A DNA stretch of 63,921 nt, filler included, from Octopus bimaculoides (GCF_001194135.2; 7 parts of 6 records of this genome joined end to end with filler, not necessarily neighbours in it), one strand, 5' to 3'; shown: positions 51,554-63,921, counted from the first letter of the whole stretch. Notes: generated by a model not told the origin, from the letters alone. Program-made: numbers and translations.

Positions 51554-53804
51554 AACTGTCCACCTTTCAAGTGCAATCGTAGAATCAGACTAGTTTGATA
51601 AAAATGATGTTGAAATGCAGCGACTATTGGCTGTAAATCGCCATGTTCACAATGTACTGCTGCACAGAAGACTTTCAGCTGTGCAGCGAAATCTAGCACT
51701 TGCCCACTATAGCAGTGTAAAATCACTACTGCAGCGATCTCTCAGGAAGATGAAGAACACTTGGTGAGAGGATCTTGCCTGTGATGTTCAAGCTACTGCT
51801 GATGAAAATGACAGCAAGAAACTTTACCATCTTATGAAGCAAGTTTATGGGCCTAAGAGCTCTGCATCAGCTCCTTTGCTTTCCAAGGAGTCTTCAACTC
51901 TATTTACTAAATCAACAGAAATCACAGGTCACTCGATTGAACAATTCTCTGAACTCCTAAACCATGAGTCATTTGTAGATGAAACGGTGATTGCTACTAT
52001 GCAACAAAGACTTATCATTGGCTCCTTAAATTTCACGCCCTCAATAAATGAGGTAATGACTGCAATAAGTAAATTGAATCTAGGTGGGGCACCTGGAAAG
52101 GATGGAATCTGTGCTGAGGTCTTGCGATTTGGTGGTGATTACATCATGTAGTCCCTTCCTAAACCTATTAGTGCAGTCTGGATGGATGGTAGAATGCCTA
52201 AGGAGTGAAAGGATGCAATTATTCTTCCTTTATATAAAGGAAAAGGAGCAAGAATAATATGTGGTAACTACAGAAGTATTGCTCTACTATCAGCTTCTGG
52301 CAAGATTCTGGCAAATATTATTCTTTCTCGCCTGGATGGGTGTCTCGAAAATGATGTCCTACCTTAATCTCAATGTGGCTTCCGATCTGGTAGAGGGACA
52401 ATTGATATGATCTTCACAGCAAGACAGATGCAGGAAGAAGTGCTATGAGCAGAACATGGATCTTGCCCAGGTATTCATTGATTTAAACAAGGTCTTTGAC
52501 ACTGTGAATAGGGCCTTGCCATGGAGCATACTTGGCAAAGTTGGATGTCCGGATCTCTTTGTATCTATATTTAAATCATTTAATGATGGGATGGAGGCTT
52601 GGGTCAATTGTTGGGGAGGCATAGTGGAACCCATTCCTGTAGAGAATGATATCAAGCAGGGTGACATCCTTGCCCCAACTCTCTTCCCTTTGTACATTGC
52701 TGCTGTTTTACTCATGCTTTTGCTAAGGTTAGCTCTCTGGAAATATATGTCAGGTATCGATCTTCTCGCCGCCTCTTCCATCTGAGCTGATTTGCTGCCG
52801 ATTCAAATCTTTTCTTATTCGTGACTTCCTTTGTGCAGATGTCTGTGGCTTAGTCACTCATACAGTGGATGACATGCGAATACTTATGAATCGTATTTCT
52901 GCTTCTTGAAAGGCATTTGGACTCAGCATTAGCCTGGACAAGACTATGTAGAACCAGCTATCTTGGTTGAAGGAACAATACTGAAAGTGATAAACAAATT
53001 TGTCTGCCTGAGCAGCACACTCAGCCGTTCTTGCTCCCTGGATGATGAAATATCGTTCAGGCTACAGAGAGCAACTGATTCCTTCCGGTCTCTTGAGTCT
53101 CGTGTCTGGTTCCAGCATGGCATCACAAGGCAAACAAAAATTGCTGTGCACCGTACATATGTACTAACATCACTTCTTTACTCATGTGAGACACGGACCC
53201 TTTACAAACGTCATGTAAAGGTCCTGGAACGCTTTCATCAGAAACACATTCTGAATGTTGGCTGGATTTAAAAAATTCCAGGCAAACAGGTCTTGAGGAA
53301 AGCTAATATCTTGAGTATTGAGGCGAAGGTGCACAAGCACCGGTTACGTTGGACTGGACACCTTATTAGAATGAAGGATAGCAGGGTCCCTAAACAGATG
53401 CTATATGGGTAACTTGTTAGTGGAAAGAGACCCGGCAGAAACCAAGTATGCGATTTAAGGACTGTCTCAAGTCCTCATTAAAGGCCTGTGATATGCAGGA
53501 CACCGACTGAGAGAGCAATGCCTGTCATCGCCACAGATGGAGGAAGCAGGTTAAGGAGGGGGTCGACACATATGAAAAAGTACGTATTCTTCAAGAATTT
53601 AAGCGTCCTGTTCGAAAGCGCACTGCTAGTCTTCTGAATGGGGAAAGCTTTGTTTGCAATGTTTGCAGTCGTGTATGCTTGTGAAGAGCAGGGCTCATTA
53701 GTCACAAACGGAGCCGCAAATGCAAACTATAAGTTAGTCCTAGAGCGCACAATGTTCCTGAAGGTCAACAATGGTCTTCCTCGGTCACGAGTGGACGGCC
53801 ATCA
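51554..53804 (+). mobile_element. 5'-truncated RTE LINE, 2.25 kb, pseudogenised
   Basis: GAPGKDGICAEVL, NYRSIALLS, QCGFRSGRGTIDMIF, FIDLNKVFDTV, KQGDILAPTLF, LLYSCET, LRWTGHLIRM; flanked by ~41-bp direct repeats. Confidence 0.95.
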
Positions 53805-53860
53805 TGTATACTCATCAAGCCGAAGATACCTTAATTTGTAGGAGAGTAGCATTCGTTGAG

Positions 53861-53935
<75 letters not shown>

Positions 53936-53942
53936 GCGTGTA

Positions 53943-54270
53943 AAGGCGCATAGCTCAGTGGTTAGAACATCGGGCTCACAACCTTGAGGTAGTGAGTTCG
54001 ATTCCCCGACCGGGCTGTGTTGTATTCTTGAGCAGGTTTACTCAGCTATAGAAATGTCACTGGTGACAAACTCTCTCGGCCTTTGCAATTCCCTTGGATT
54101 ACATTCCCTTGGATAACATCGGTGGCATGGAGAGGGGAGGCTGGTTTGCATGTGCGACTGCTGGTCTTCCATAAACAACCTTGCCCAGACTTTGGAGGGT
54201 TTTGGAGGGCTTTGGAGGGAAACTTTCTAGATGCAATCCCATGGTCATTCATGACCACAGGGTGCCTTTA
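53943..54270 (+). mobile_element. tRNA-derived SINE with intact Pol III boxes
   Basis: A-box TAGCTCAGTGG (~53951-53961) and B-box GAGTTCGATTCC (~53995-54006), followed by a non-tRNA body. Confidence 0.8.
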
Positions 54271-54306
54271 TATAAGATTTTATAAAGTAGTCAGCATGTA
54301 ATAAAC

Positions 54307-54366
<60 letters not shown>

Positions 54367-54369
<3 letters not shown>

Positions 54370-55056
54370 GAGGGGTAAACAAAAGTAACCAGAAACGGTC
54401 TCTGTGGGACAAGTCCGTTGTAGTGCAGACTTCCACTGCTAGAAGCTACTTGATGTGACTCTTAGGCGAAGGTCTGCCGACCGGCATCGTCGGGTGGGGG
54501 TCGTACTGCTACGTGATGCGTCTTTGTTTTGCAGTGCTTCTCCCTCTTCATCGACTTTTGCGATGTCTGAAACGAAGGAACAGCGTGCTTCCGTGAAATT
54601 CTGTTTTCTGATGGGGAACACGGCGACCGAAACACTTGTCATGCTACAAGCAGCTTACAAGGACGTTGCCATGAGCAGAACACAAGTTTACGAGTGGTGA
54701 CTTGTCGCTTGAAGACCAACATCGTTCAGGACGACTGTCGACCTCCCGAACGAATGAAAACATCATGAAAATTTATGAACTGATCTTGGGAAACAGTTAA
54801 CGAACAATTGACAAACTTGTTGATATGACAGTGTATGCTGGAGATTTTGGGAACGAGTTTTAAGTGAGGATTTGCGAGCAAAATTATTTGTGTCTCGCAA
54901 AAGTTCCAGAACTACTTCAAATAGTGGAATATGCGACTGGACAATGAATTGCTTCAAATGGAGAATGCTTTGAAGGGGATAAAAGTGTACGCATGTAAAA
55001 CTAGGTGAATAAAATAATTTTCTAAAATTCCGGTTTCTTTCGAGTACTCCTTCGTG
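54367..55056 (+). mobile_element. Internally deleted mariner transposon
   Basis: MSETKEQRASVKFCFLMGNTATETLVMLQAAYKDVAMSRTQVYEW (mariner HTH); imperfect TIR CACGAGGGG../..CCTTCGTG; TA on both flanks. Confidence 0.85.
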
Positions 55057-55081
55057 TATATATCTGTGTGTNNNNNNNNNN

Positions 55082-55117
<36 letters not shown>

Positions 55118-57062
55118 TAGGTTCAAGTAGAACTATTCAAACTTTTTGGGGAGTCCAAGAAGAAATATTTCATCATATCAAAATGATAACCTGCTAAAGC
55201 AAGCAATTAAAGTATAAAAATAACAAGTAAATTGTTCGTTATAGGCATATACAAGATAAAACCTCATATAAAACACTACTTACAATTATAAAACTGGAGA
55301 AGAGATGTTAAAAGTTAAAAATAGAATTTAATTTCCACATACGCCCGTTTCAAATGGCAATACAAACATGTAAAAAAAAACATTAATAATAATAATAAAA
55401 ATAGTTATGTATTACTATTCTCGTCAGTGTAAAACTTTGAAAGGAAAAACAAAGAAGCTATGTCGGAGAAGCTGACCGGATATTTGCAAATAAATTGTAA
55501 AAGGGGAGAAAGGAAGAGAAACAGCGACATTTAATGTGTTTTCGAGTCTATCTGTGTGATAAACTATAAACTAATCTGGCCAACGGATATATTTAAAAAC
55601 AATTAAGAAAAAAACGAGACAAAACAAAGTGTAAACAAAAAAATCAACACACGTATCTAACATACACAAATGCACGCTCTCTTACATAAAAACTATATAC
55701 ACCTACACGCATATATATTTGAATACAAAAGAAATATAATATAATAACAGTAAGAATCTAGCAGGATTAGATAGCTATACTTAAAAATTGTTTTAGTGTA
55801 TGAACAGTTATGGATGGTAAGCAATGAAGAGTGGAAAAGTTTTATATAGAAAAATACATACTACCATTAGAAAAAAACTTGATAAATAATTCTTATTAAA
55901 CGATTATTTACTTATAAAAAATTACGGGTCAGAGAGTTATAGCAGAGGGAAGATAATGCAAATGTATAAAAAAATATATGAAAGAAAAAATCAATTCACA
56001 GGGAATACACACGTATACACCTACACAATCATATATATATATATATANNNNNNNNNNNNNNNNNNNNNNNNNNNNNNNNNNNNNNNNNNNNNNNNNNNNN
56101 NNNNNNNNNNNNNNNNNNNNNNNNNNNNNNNNNNNNNNNNNNNNNNNNNNNNNNNNNNNNNNNNNNNNNNNNNNNNNNNNNNNNNNNNNNNNNNNNNNNN
56201 NNNNNNNNNNNNNNNNNNNNNNNNNNNNNNNNNNNNNNNNNNNNNNNNNNNNNNNNNNNNNNNNNNNNNNNNNNNNNNNNNNNNNNNNNNNNNNNNNNNN
56301 NNNNNNNNNNNNNNNNNNNNNNNNNNNNNNNNNNNNNNNNNNNNNNNNNNNNNNNNNNNNNNNNNNNNNNNNNNNNNNNNNNNNNNNNNNNNNNNNNNNN
56401 NNNNNNNNNNNNNNNNNNNNNNNNNNNNNNNNNNNNNNNNNNNNNNNNNNNNNNNNNNNNNNNNNNNNNNNNNNNNNNNNNNNNNNNNNNNNNNNNNNNN
56501 NNNNNNNNNNNNNNNNNNNNNNNNNNNNNNNNNNNNNNNNNNNNNNNNNNNNNNNNNNNNNNNNNNNNNNNNNNNNNNNNNNNNNNNNNNNNNNNNNNNN
56601 NNNNNNNNNNNNNNNNNNNNNNNNNNNNNNNNNNNNNNNNNNNNNNNNNNNNNNNNNNNNNNNNNNNNNNNNNNNNNNNNNNNNNNNNNNNNNNNNNNNN
56701 NNNNNNNNNNNNCAAATGCTTGTGCAAAACAACTTTTTGCGCTGCCCTGATTATACATAGCAGGGTAATCCCTTTTCGCAGGAGCTAGGACGGCAATTTC
56801 TGATGAAGCAATTGCTGGCGATCTGTTGCTACACAGTTCTGCCAGAATTCTATCAGATTGGTCAGAAGATGTTGATGCAACATTTTGCATTATGTTCAAA
56901 GGAGCTTCTGGAATGTGGTGAATTGCTGCAGTCTGTTGCTGTCTTTTTAAACCGGTTGCTTTCTTTCCCCAGCAAACTCTCTTCTTTGGAGGCATAATCT
57001 ATATATATATTAAACAGAACAAAAGTTAAAACAGATGGCAGGGTCGGTAGTTTTCACATTTC

Positions 57063-57411
57063 GGTAATTTTTCAGATTAACACCCGCACGACAACCGAAC
57101 TCTAACCCTAAAACTCTAAACCTAACCCTAATCCTAACCCTAACACTAATCCTAACCCTAAACCCTAACGCTAACCCTAACCCTAAATCTTAACCCTACC
57201 CTAACCCTGACCCTAAAACCATAACCGTATCACTAACCCTAATCCTAACCCTAACCCTAACCCTAACCTAAACCCTAACCCTAACACTAAACCTAAACCT
57301 AGCCCTAACCGTAACCCTAAAAACCTAACCCTGACACTAAAACCCTAACTCCAAAACCCTAACCCTAACACTCTAGTGAAAATCGCGTGGGTGTTAATCT
57401 GAAAAATTACC
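57063..57411. mobile_element. Merlin-like MITE filled with telomere-like (CCCTAA)n
   Basis: Perfect 23-bp TIR GGTAATTTTTCAGATTAACACCC; perfect 8-bp TSD CACATTTC (57055-57062 and 57412-57419); about 40 degenerate CCCTAA units inside. Confidence 0.85.
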
Positions 57412-58598
57412 CACATTTCTAATAAAGTTCACTGATTTGCAATGTGTTGTCCTGTCTACATAAGCTCCGTAGTTTGCATATTTACAAAACATTGACGAAC
57501 ATGAGTTATATTGTAGTGAATGCTTGTATGTACGTGCGTGTGTATGCGTTTGAGAGACCGAGAGAAAAGAGGGAGAGAGGAAGAGAGAGAGAGAGAGGGG
57601 TGAGAAAGGAATAGAGAGCAGGAGCAATCAAGAGAGAGAAAGAGAGGAAGGGAGAACGGAAGACAGTTATAAAATAGCAATGCGTGTTTATATAAGAAAC
57701 ACACACAAAGTAAATCTCATATATATACTTTAAGTTTATTATTGTATTTATTTTTTTTCATATACCTATAAGCTTTTGTTTTTGTTTTTTCCTGTATATA
57801 CATCCATATATTTCGTATGTGTAATTTGTATGTCTGTATGTTTGTGCGTATGCGTATGTTCTTTTGCCTGTATCTTAATATATAAAGCTGAAGTTGTGTG
57901 TCTGTGTGAAACCTTTTTAAAAGTTTATAGAAATCCACATTTTCCACTTTTTCGTAAAAAATTTTTTATCAATAGAATTTTCTCGATGTGAACATTCCAG
58001 TGCAGTAATTAGATTTTTAAAATTCCGTTTACTTTGTGTGATTTAAGGGAGATTTGGCTGTTGTTTCTAGCAACTTTTATATTTCTTCCATTATACCTGT
58101 ATCGGCGTTCTTATAGATCGATCACGCGCTCAACATATAATATAGAGAGTAAGAGTAAAAGAGGGAGAGAGAGAAAGTGATACATACAAAGTCATAGATT
58201 AACTTGGTTTAAGATTATTTTTTCCTTCTATCTACCTTTTCACTCTACTTCGTTCTTCTTCCTCTCTCCCATTTAAATAGCTTTCTTCTATCCCTCTACC
58301 TCTAACTATCCACGTGACCTGGTCATCTGGGGCTTATCGCTATTTCTCTGCTTCGACCATTGTCTGTCTGCATGTTCAGCGTCCTTGTCTCTATTTTTTA
58401 CCTATTTTTCATAACATAGAAACGTAAAAACACACACAACCACACATACGTGATCTGTGACAACGTACACATAAACACATACAGACATCAACATTATAGA
58501 TATGTTTATACCTAGTTTTTCGTATAAGAATATATCTAAAAAAGCCTATACATACATATACGCACACATGCACACACACGTGCACACATACATACATC

Positions 58599-58974
58599 TG
58601 TAGTAACGCCGTGCGCATGCGTAGTCTCACGCATGCGTAGAATTAAACAACCAAGCGTTCCCGCTCAATTCATTCTCTTTCTTGCTGGCCAGCATAGAGC
58701 AATGGACGTGTCAAGAGTGTCTCTAACATTCGAACTCTGGAGACAGCCTCTTTACGTGTTAAGCTGTCTCTCTACATATTTCGGACTTACGCTCGACAGC
58801 TCGCTCACACCTACATAACAACGTCCCAACAACAGAAGCTGTAACAACAAGAACTAAAGATGTATACATTTACCACCTGAATAAATGTTGTTTAAGTTGA
58901 TAGTCTGCAGTTCAGTGTTCCGTTATATTCTTTAATTTTATAGTAGAAAGATGTATAACCCACTTTCTACTATA
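58599..58974 (+). mobile_element. 5' LTR of an LTR retrotransposon (376 bp)
   Basis: TGTAGT...ACTATA termini, AATAAA at ~58881, and a PBS starting 1 nt downstream. Confidence 0.75.
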
Positions 58975-58975
58975 C

Positions 58976-59122
58976 TGGTGACCCCCGACGTGATTCGATC
59001 ACGCAGCCCGCTGAGCTGCAATAACCCACTTTCTACTAAAGTGGTGACTCCGGACGTGATTCGAACACGCAGCCCGCTGAGCTGCAATAACCCACTTTCT
59101 ACTAAAGTGGTGACCCCCGACG
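58976..59122 (+). repeat. 66-bp tandem array of [tRNA-Trp 3'-half complement / PBS + LTR end], 3 PBS copies
   Basis: TGGTGACC(C)CCGACGTGATTCGAACACGCAGCC.. at 58976 and 59042, and a truncated copy at 59108; each is preceded by ATAACCCACTTTCTACTA(T/A)A. Confidence 0.85.
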
Positions 59123-59451
59123 AAGAAAAAACGCAGCATGAATTCTGGACTACCAACTTATAACTGGTGAACCCGACTAAAGAACAAGTACGGCCATGGA
59201 GACCGAACTACATATTACCAACATCTCCAACCATAGTCAACACGACTCAACAAGAGCGGTTTTTATTCTCGCCTCTGTTAGAGTGGATTTTTCCACTCAC
59301 NNNNNNNNNNNNNNNNNNNNNNNNNNNNNNNNNNNNNNNNNNNNTTAATTAATTAANNNNNNNNNNNNNNNNNNNNNNNNNNNNNNNNNNNNNNNNNNNN
59401 TACTAAGAGAATATAAATGTTTCTAGATACATATAACATCAAATTCTGCAA

Positions 59452-59840
59452 AGGCGCAAGCGTGGCTGCATGGTAAGAAACTTGTTTCTCAACCACATGT
59501 TTCCGGGTTCAGTCCCACAGCGTTTCCTCTCTATAGCCTGGAGCCGACCAAAGCCACTGACAAGGCTTTGGTAGACGGAAACTGAAAGTAGATCATCGTG
59601 TATATACATGTGTGTGTGTGTGTGTCTGTTTGCGTTTGTCTACCACCACCACTTAACAGTCGGTGTTGGAGTGTTTACGTCCCTGTAACCCAGCGGTTCG
59701 ATAAAAAAGACCGATATAGTATGTACCAGACTTTTAAAAAAGGAAACTAAGTACTGCGGTCGATTCCGTCTTCTAAAAATTATTCAAAGCAGTGCCCCAG
59801 TATGGCCGCAGTCTAGTGACTGAAACGAGTAAAAGATACG
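59452..59840 (+). mobile_element. SINE(s): tRNA-like head plus body and 3' end
   Basis: GCGTGGCTG..TGGTAAG..CCGGGTTCAGTCCCAC..TTGGTAGACGGAAACTGAAAG, then after (GT)n a 17352-family body. Confidence 0.7.
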
Positions 59841-61055
59841 TTTGGCATAAGCACTTTAATGAATTTGAAAGCAAAATATAAACGAAAAGACCTTGTATGT
59901 GCGTAAGTATTTCTATGATATTAATAATTTCTCTGATTTAAAATGTAATGTTACGAAGGAGGAATGTCTAAGAAATATCAGAAGCACCTGCATTTACCTG
60001 ATAAATGAGATAACATTTTGATATTGTGCCAGACATATTAAACAAAAAATATTGTGTTGTTTTAATCTAGAATTCTATGAAATATACATTCTGCAGGCTT
60101 ATGAAATGAAGCTGAACAAATAATTCAAGCTACCTGTGTGTTAATAGAATATTATTTTGCAAAAACTCATAAAACAAAAGAACAACATTTTCAAAAGTCT
60201 CATATTCGCGTTGATGATGTCTTCGTAAAACATTTAATATGATTTATGTGTTTTTCTTAATCATTTTCAACCAAAAATGTATAAACACAAGAAGCTAGCA
60301 AGTTTTGTTACTTTTCGTTCTTATACTTCAAAGATTTAAAGCTTTGTTGTAAAGAAAAATAGAAAACATACTTATGTTTATTTTCTCCTGTTGACGAGAT
60401 TACTACATACACGTATTTGCATTTCAATTATGTGCGTGTGTTGTGTGTGTGTGTGTATCTATTATTTTTAGACTGGCGTTATTTAGTATTGGTAACGTTC
60501 ACTTTAAATTGTTTAAATTTAGTGTTACAACAAAAGGCTTACGAAATGAGAGAGAGAGAATGTGACAGCAGTAAAATTTCTGTAGAAGAATATTAGGATA
60601 ATGTATTAAATTTGGAACCAAAGGGTAGGTTTATACAATGTCGGGGATGAAAAGAAAAAATCGTGGAGTGTTGAATCCATTTAGATGAGGAATGATATGG
60701 ATCTGAGAAATAGAAAGGATATATATCTACATACACACACATACATACATACACACATACATACAGATATGTATCTACGTGCATACGCATGTTCGTATGT
60801 ATGTATACCATTATTCAGTTCTATTTCAAAGACTTCTTGCCAACAAAGAGCCGGTTTCAAACCTACAGCGGTTGGGCAAAATGATGGAAACACCAATCAT
60901 CATAGTATTATAATTTTCAAATATCTATGAAAACCGTCAAAAGCTTGTTTATTTTTATGTTTTTTGATTTATTATTAGTGTTGCTTAATATGATTTGCTA
61001 AAATTACTGTTTCTTTTCTGATATCATCAGAGCAAGGTAATTAAAATTCATCAGA

Positions 61056-61778
61056 ATGACAGATCTGTCGAACTTTCAAAGAGGTCAGATTGTTGATGCT
61101 CGTATGTCAGGCGCTAGCGTAACGAAAACGGCCGAAATGTTTGGTGTGTCAAGAAGTACTGTCTCAAAATTAACGACAGCCTTTGAGAAAGAGGGGGAAA
61201 GCCCCTCGTCGAAACAAAACTCCGGAAGAAAACCCAAAACTTTTTGATATGGACGGCTGCACTCTTACGTGAATTGTTAGAAAGGATCACAAAAGTACAG
61301 CTCCCAAAATTACTGTAGAGCTTAATGACCCCTTTGAGAGCACAGTTTCCACAAAAACTGTTTGCCATGAGCTGCACAAAGCCGGATTTCACGGAAGGGC
61401 TGCAATCAGAAAACCACTACTTTCAAAAACAAACGTTGCAAAGCGATTAGAGTGGAGTAAAAACCTGCAGAATTTGTCCTTAGAGCAGTGGAAGAATGTT
61501 ATTTTCTCAGACGAGTCATCCTTTACCTTATTTCCGACCACCAGCCGAGTATACGTATGAAGACAGCCAAAAGAAGCATTTGACCCAGACTGCCTTCTTC
61601 TAATTGTTAAACATGGAGGAGGATCTGTGATGAGCTGGGGCGGCTATATCTTGGAAATCCGCCGGCCTAATGGTTTCTCTTCATGGGAGAATTAACAGTC
61701 AAGACTATTTAAACATTTTATCTGATCAAATTCATCCTATGGTTGTAGAACTGTTTCTGGAGTGAAAGGCAATCTTTC
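61056..61778 (+). mobile_element. Tc1-like transposase, 3'-truncated pseudogene
   Basis: DLSNFQRGQIV..ASVTKTAEMFGVSRSTVSK, GRKPK, KPLLSKTNVAKRLEW, VIFSDESSF, KHGGGSVM; breaks off before the second catalytic D. Confidence 0.9.
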
Positions 61779-62937
61779 GGTTTTAATACAGCATGTTGTT
61801 AGTGACCGTATGTTTAAGCCGTTGGGCAGGAATGACGAGGAATGGATTCCGTTGCGACTTTATAGACAACAACAGGGAGTAATTAAGGAAAATAAGAATA
61901 AGAAAAATAAAACGGAATAAAGTAAAACATTATATGCTCCAGTACCCACATATTGTTATTTCCGTACGTATACTTGCGGTCCAGTGTACAAACGCACTCT
62001 CCCATATGTGCAGTTAAGTAGATGTTATTAAACTCTTTGATAAATGTCCTATCATTTTTGTATCACGCTTTCAAATACCTAATTAAGTATTACAGGCCTT
62101 GTGAATAAAAAGGTTGGATGCCGACTTCTTTTGACTTACATATGGTTAGCTTACCATTTGGCTGGTTTTATTTTACTCCACCCTAATAAAGAAATAAATT
62201 TCTGTATCCTGACAAAGCCACGTACCTCCACTAATAATTTAAATATGTTATTAACTCGCAATGTCACTTCCTTGTACTAAACTTCCTGTAAGGTGTAGAA
62301 AGCAACGTGTCCATAACTTTATCTATTGTTATGTTATATGTTATGTTAATAGCTGCACGGGTCGGCTACAGAGACGTCTTCTTCATGTAATTAGTCGAAA
62401 GATGTGTAATTTGTAATAACTGGGGAACCTACAAATGCTATAATTGTAAACCTGCTGCATAAGGTCGGAGCTTGGCACGTGCATCTTGATGAAGGTTGTA
62501 CGACTTATACTGGGTGATGCAGAGCTTGCAGCCTAAGTTGTATCCAATTGAAACCTGGTGCCTGCAACCTATGAAGCAGCTGAAACGCAATAGGTGTGGC
62601 TTGAAAAGATGTTACACCTGACCAAAGGGCCGTGCATGCAACTTGTGCTGTAAATTGCAGCACCCGACCAAAGCTTTGCAAGCGTCAATAAACTGTAATG
62701 TTAAAGACCAATCTACCCTTTTTTTTTTTTTTTTTTTTTTTTNNNNNNNNNNNNNNNNNNNNNNNNNNNNNNNNNNNNNNNNNNNNTTAATTAATTAANN
62801 NNNNNNNNNNNNNNNNNNNNNNNNNNNNNNNNNNNNNNNNNNTATATATATATATATATACATATATATACATATTCTTTTTACAAATACATACACGCAT
62901 ACAGTATATATATATGTTTGTGTGTGTATATATATAC

Positions 62938-62981
<44 letters not shown>

Positions 62982-63443
62982 TTCTTACGCATACGTACAC
63001 ACACACTTACTCTCACGCTCTCTCTCACTCACTTTCCCCCCTCTCTCTCCTTCTCTGTCTCTCACAAGCACAGACGTACAAATACACACGTTCGCACACA
63101 CTACACGCATCCATCTGCAATGGCTGCTACTAATTAAACAGCATTTAAGCGCTTATCATTTCATTTTGAAAAGCTGCGAAGACGCCGGTTTTAATGATTA
63201 AGTATATTTATTTATGGCATTCAACAGTGCGATAAATGGCAGTAATTATTTGACGACTATTGAGAGCAGACATGTCTGTAAACCGATCCTGTGATCTCTC
63301 CACTTCACAGGTCGCAAATAAATGTGTCTGTGATCTTCAAGGATATCCCAAGAGCAATAAGCGAATGTACCTGAAGTGGTTGTAAAGGAGACTAGCTATA
63401 AACATACATCATATGTGCACACAGAGACGTTTCACTCGCTTAC

Positions 63444-63506
<63 letters not shown>

Positions 63507-63766
63507 TGGTAGATGGATACGCACATACGTACAAACATACATACATATATACATATCTGTATGTATGCATATGTATATACATATATATATATATATGTAT
63601 GTAAATATGTATATATATGTATGTATATTGTATATATGTATATATATACAGAGAGAGAGAGAGAGAGAGCGAAGGAGAGAGAGAGAGAGAGAGAAGGAGA
63701 GAGAGAGGAAGAGGGAGATAGATAGATAGATAGATTGATAGATAGATAGATAGACAGACAGACAGT

Positions 63767-63836
<70 letters not shown>

Positions 63837-63921
63837 CTACAATAGTATTTTTTGTACTGCTCTTAATTTATGCATGTAATTTAAATGGATGTCTGGAAAA
63901 CCTTTTAACGAAACATAAATG

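Noticed and set aside
53943-54020. tRNA gene
   Set aside because: A and B boxes are present, but there is no convincing acceptor stem or terminator and it continues into a SINE body with a homologue at 9660.
57097-57375. Real telomere or chromosome-fusion scar
   Set aside because: The array is degenerate, single-orientation and enclosed by a TIR and TSD.
58976-59122. CRISPR-like repeat-spacer array or a true tRNA gene
   Set aside because: The units are head-to-tail with no unique spacers, in a eukaryotic context; only the complement of a tRNA 3' half is present, in the PBS position.
62320-62720. Possible solo LTR (TGTTAT start, AATAAA near the end)
   Set aside because: No terminal CA, PBS, PPT or TSD is visible before the poly-T and gap.

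Overview
This is AT-rich, extremely microsatellite-dense eukaryotic DNA. The SINE families and repeat landscape look like an Octopus/cephalopod genome (my inference; no database search was possible). It is a gapped assembly: besides ordinary N-gaps there are six artificial 100-bp linkers (N44-TTAATTAATTAA-N44), so adjacency across those points is unreliable. I found no host protein-coding gene I can support, and most ORF-track entries are microsatellite or N-gap artefacts. The window is a patchwork of decayed transposons: RTE, CR1/L2-like and R4/Dong-like (RLE) LINEs, Penelope-like elements, a Gypsy pol with LTR, a second LTR, Tc1, mariner, hAT and Merlin-like MITEs, a Helitron helicase fragment and many SINEs. 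The main oddities are: (1) an LTR followed by a 66-bp tandem array, each unit being the LTR end plus the complement of the 3' half of tRNA-Trp including CCA (58976-59122); (2) type I hammerhead-ribozyme motifs, one with an intact core at 8060-8124, a near-intact one at 6479-6576, and several degenerate ones; (3) a MITE with a perfect 23-bp TIR and 8-bp TSD whose interior is telomere-like (CCCTAA)n (57063-57411); (4) an RTE LINE with a twin-priming-type 5' inversion; (5) a near-perfect 120-bp-arm inverted repeat; (6) RLE LINEs that repeatedly end in microsatellites. Coordinates of degenerate elements are approximate.
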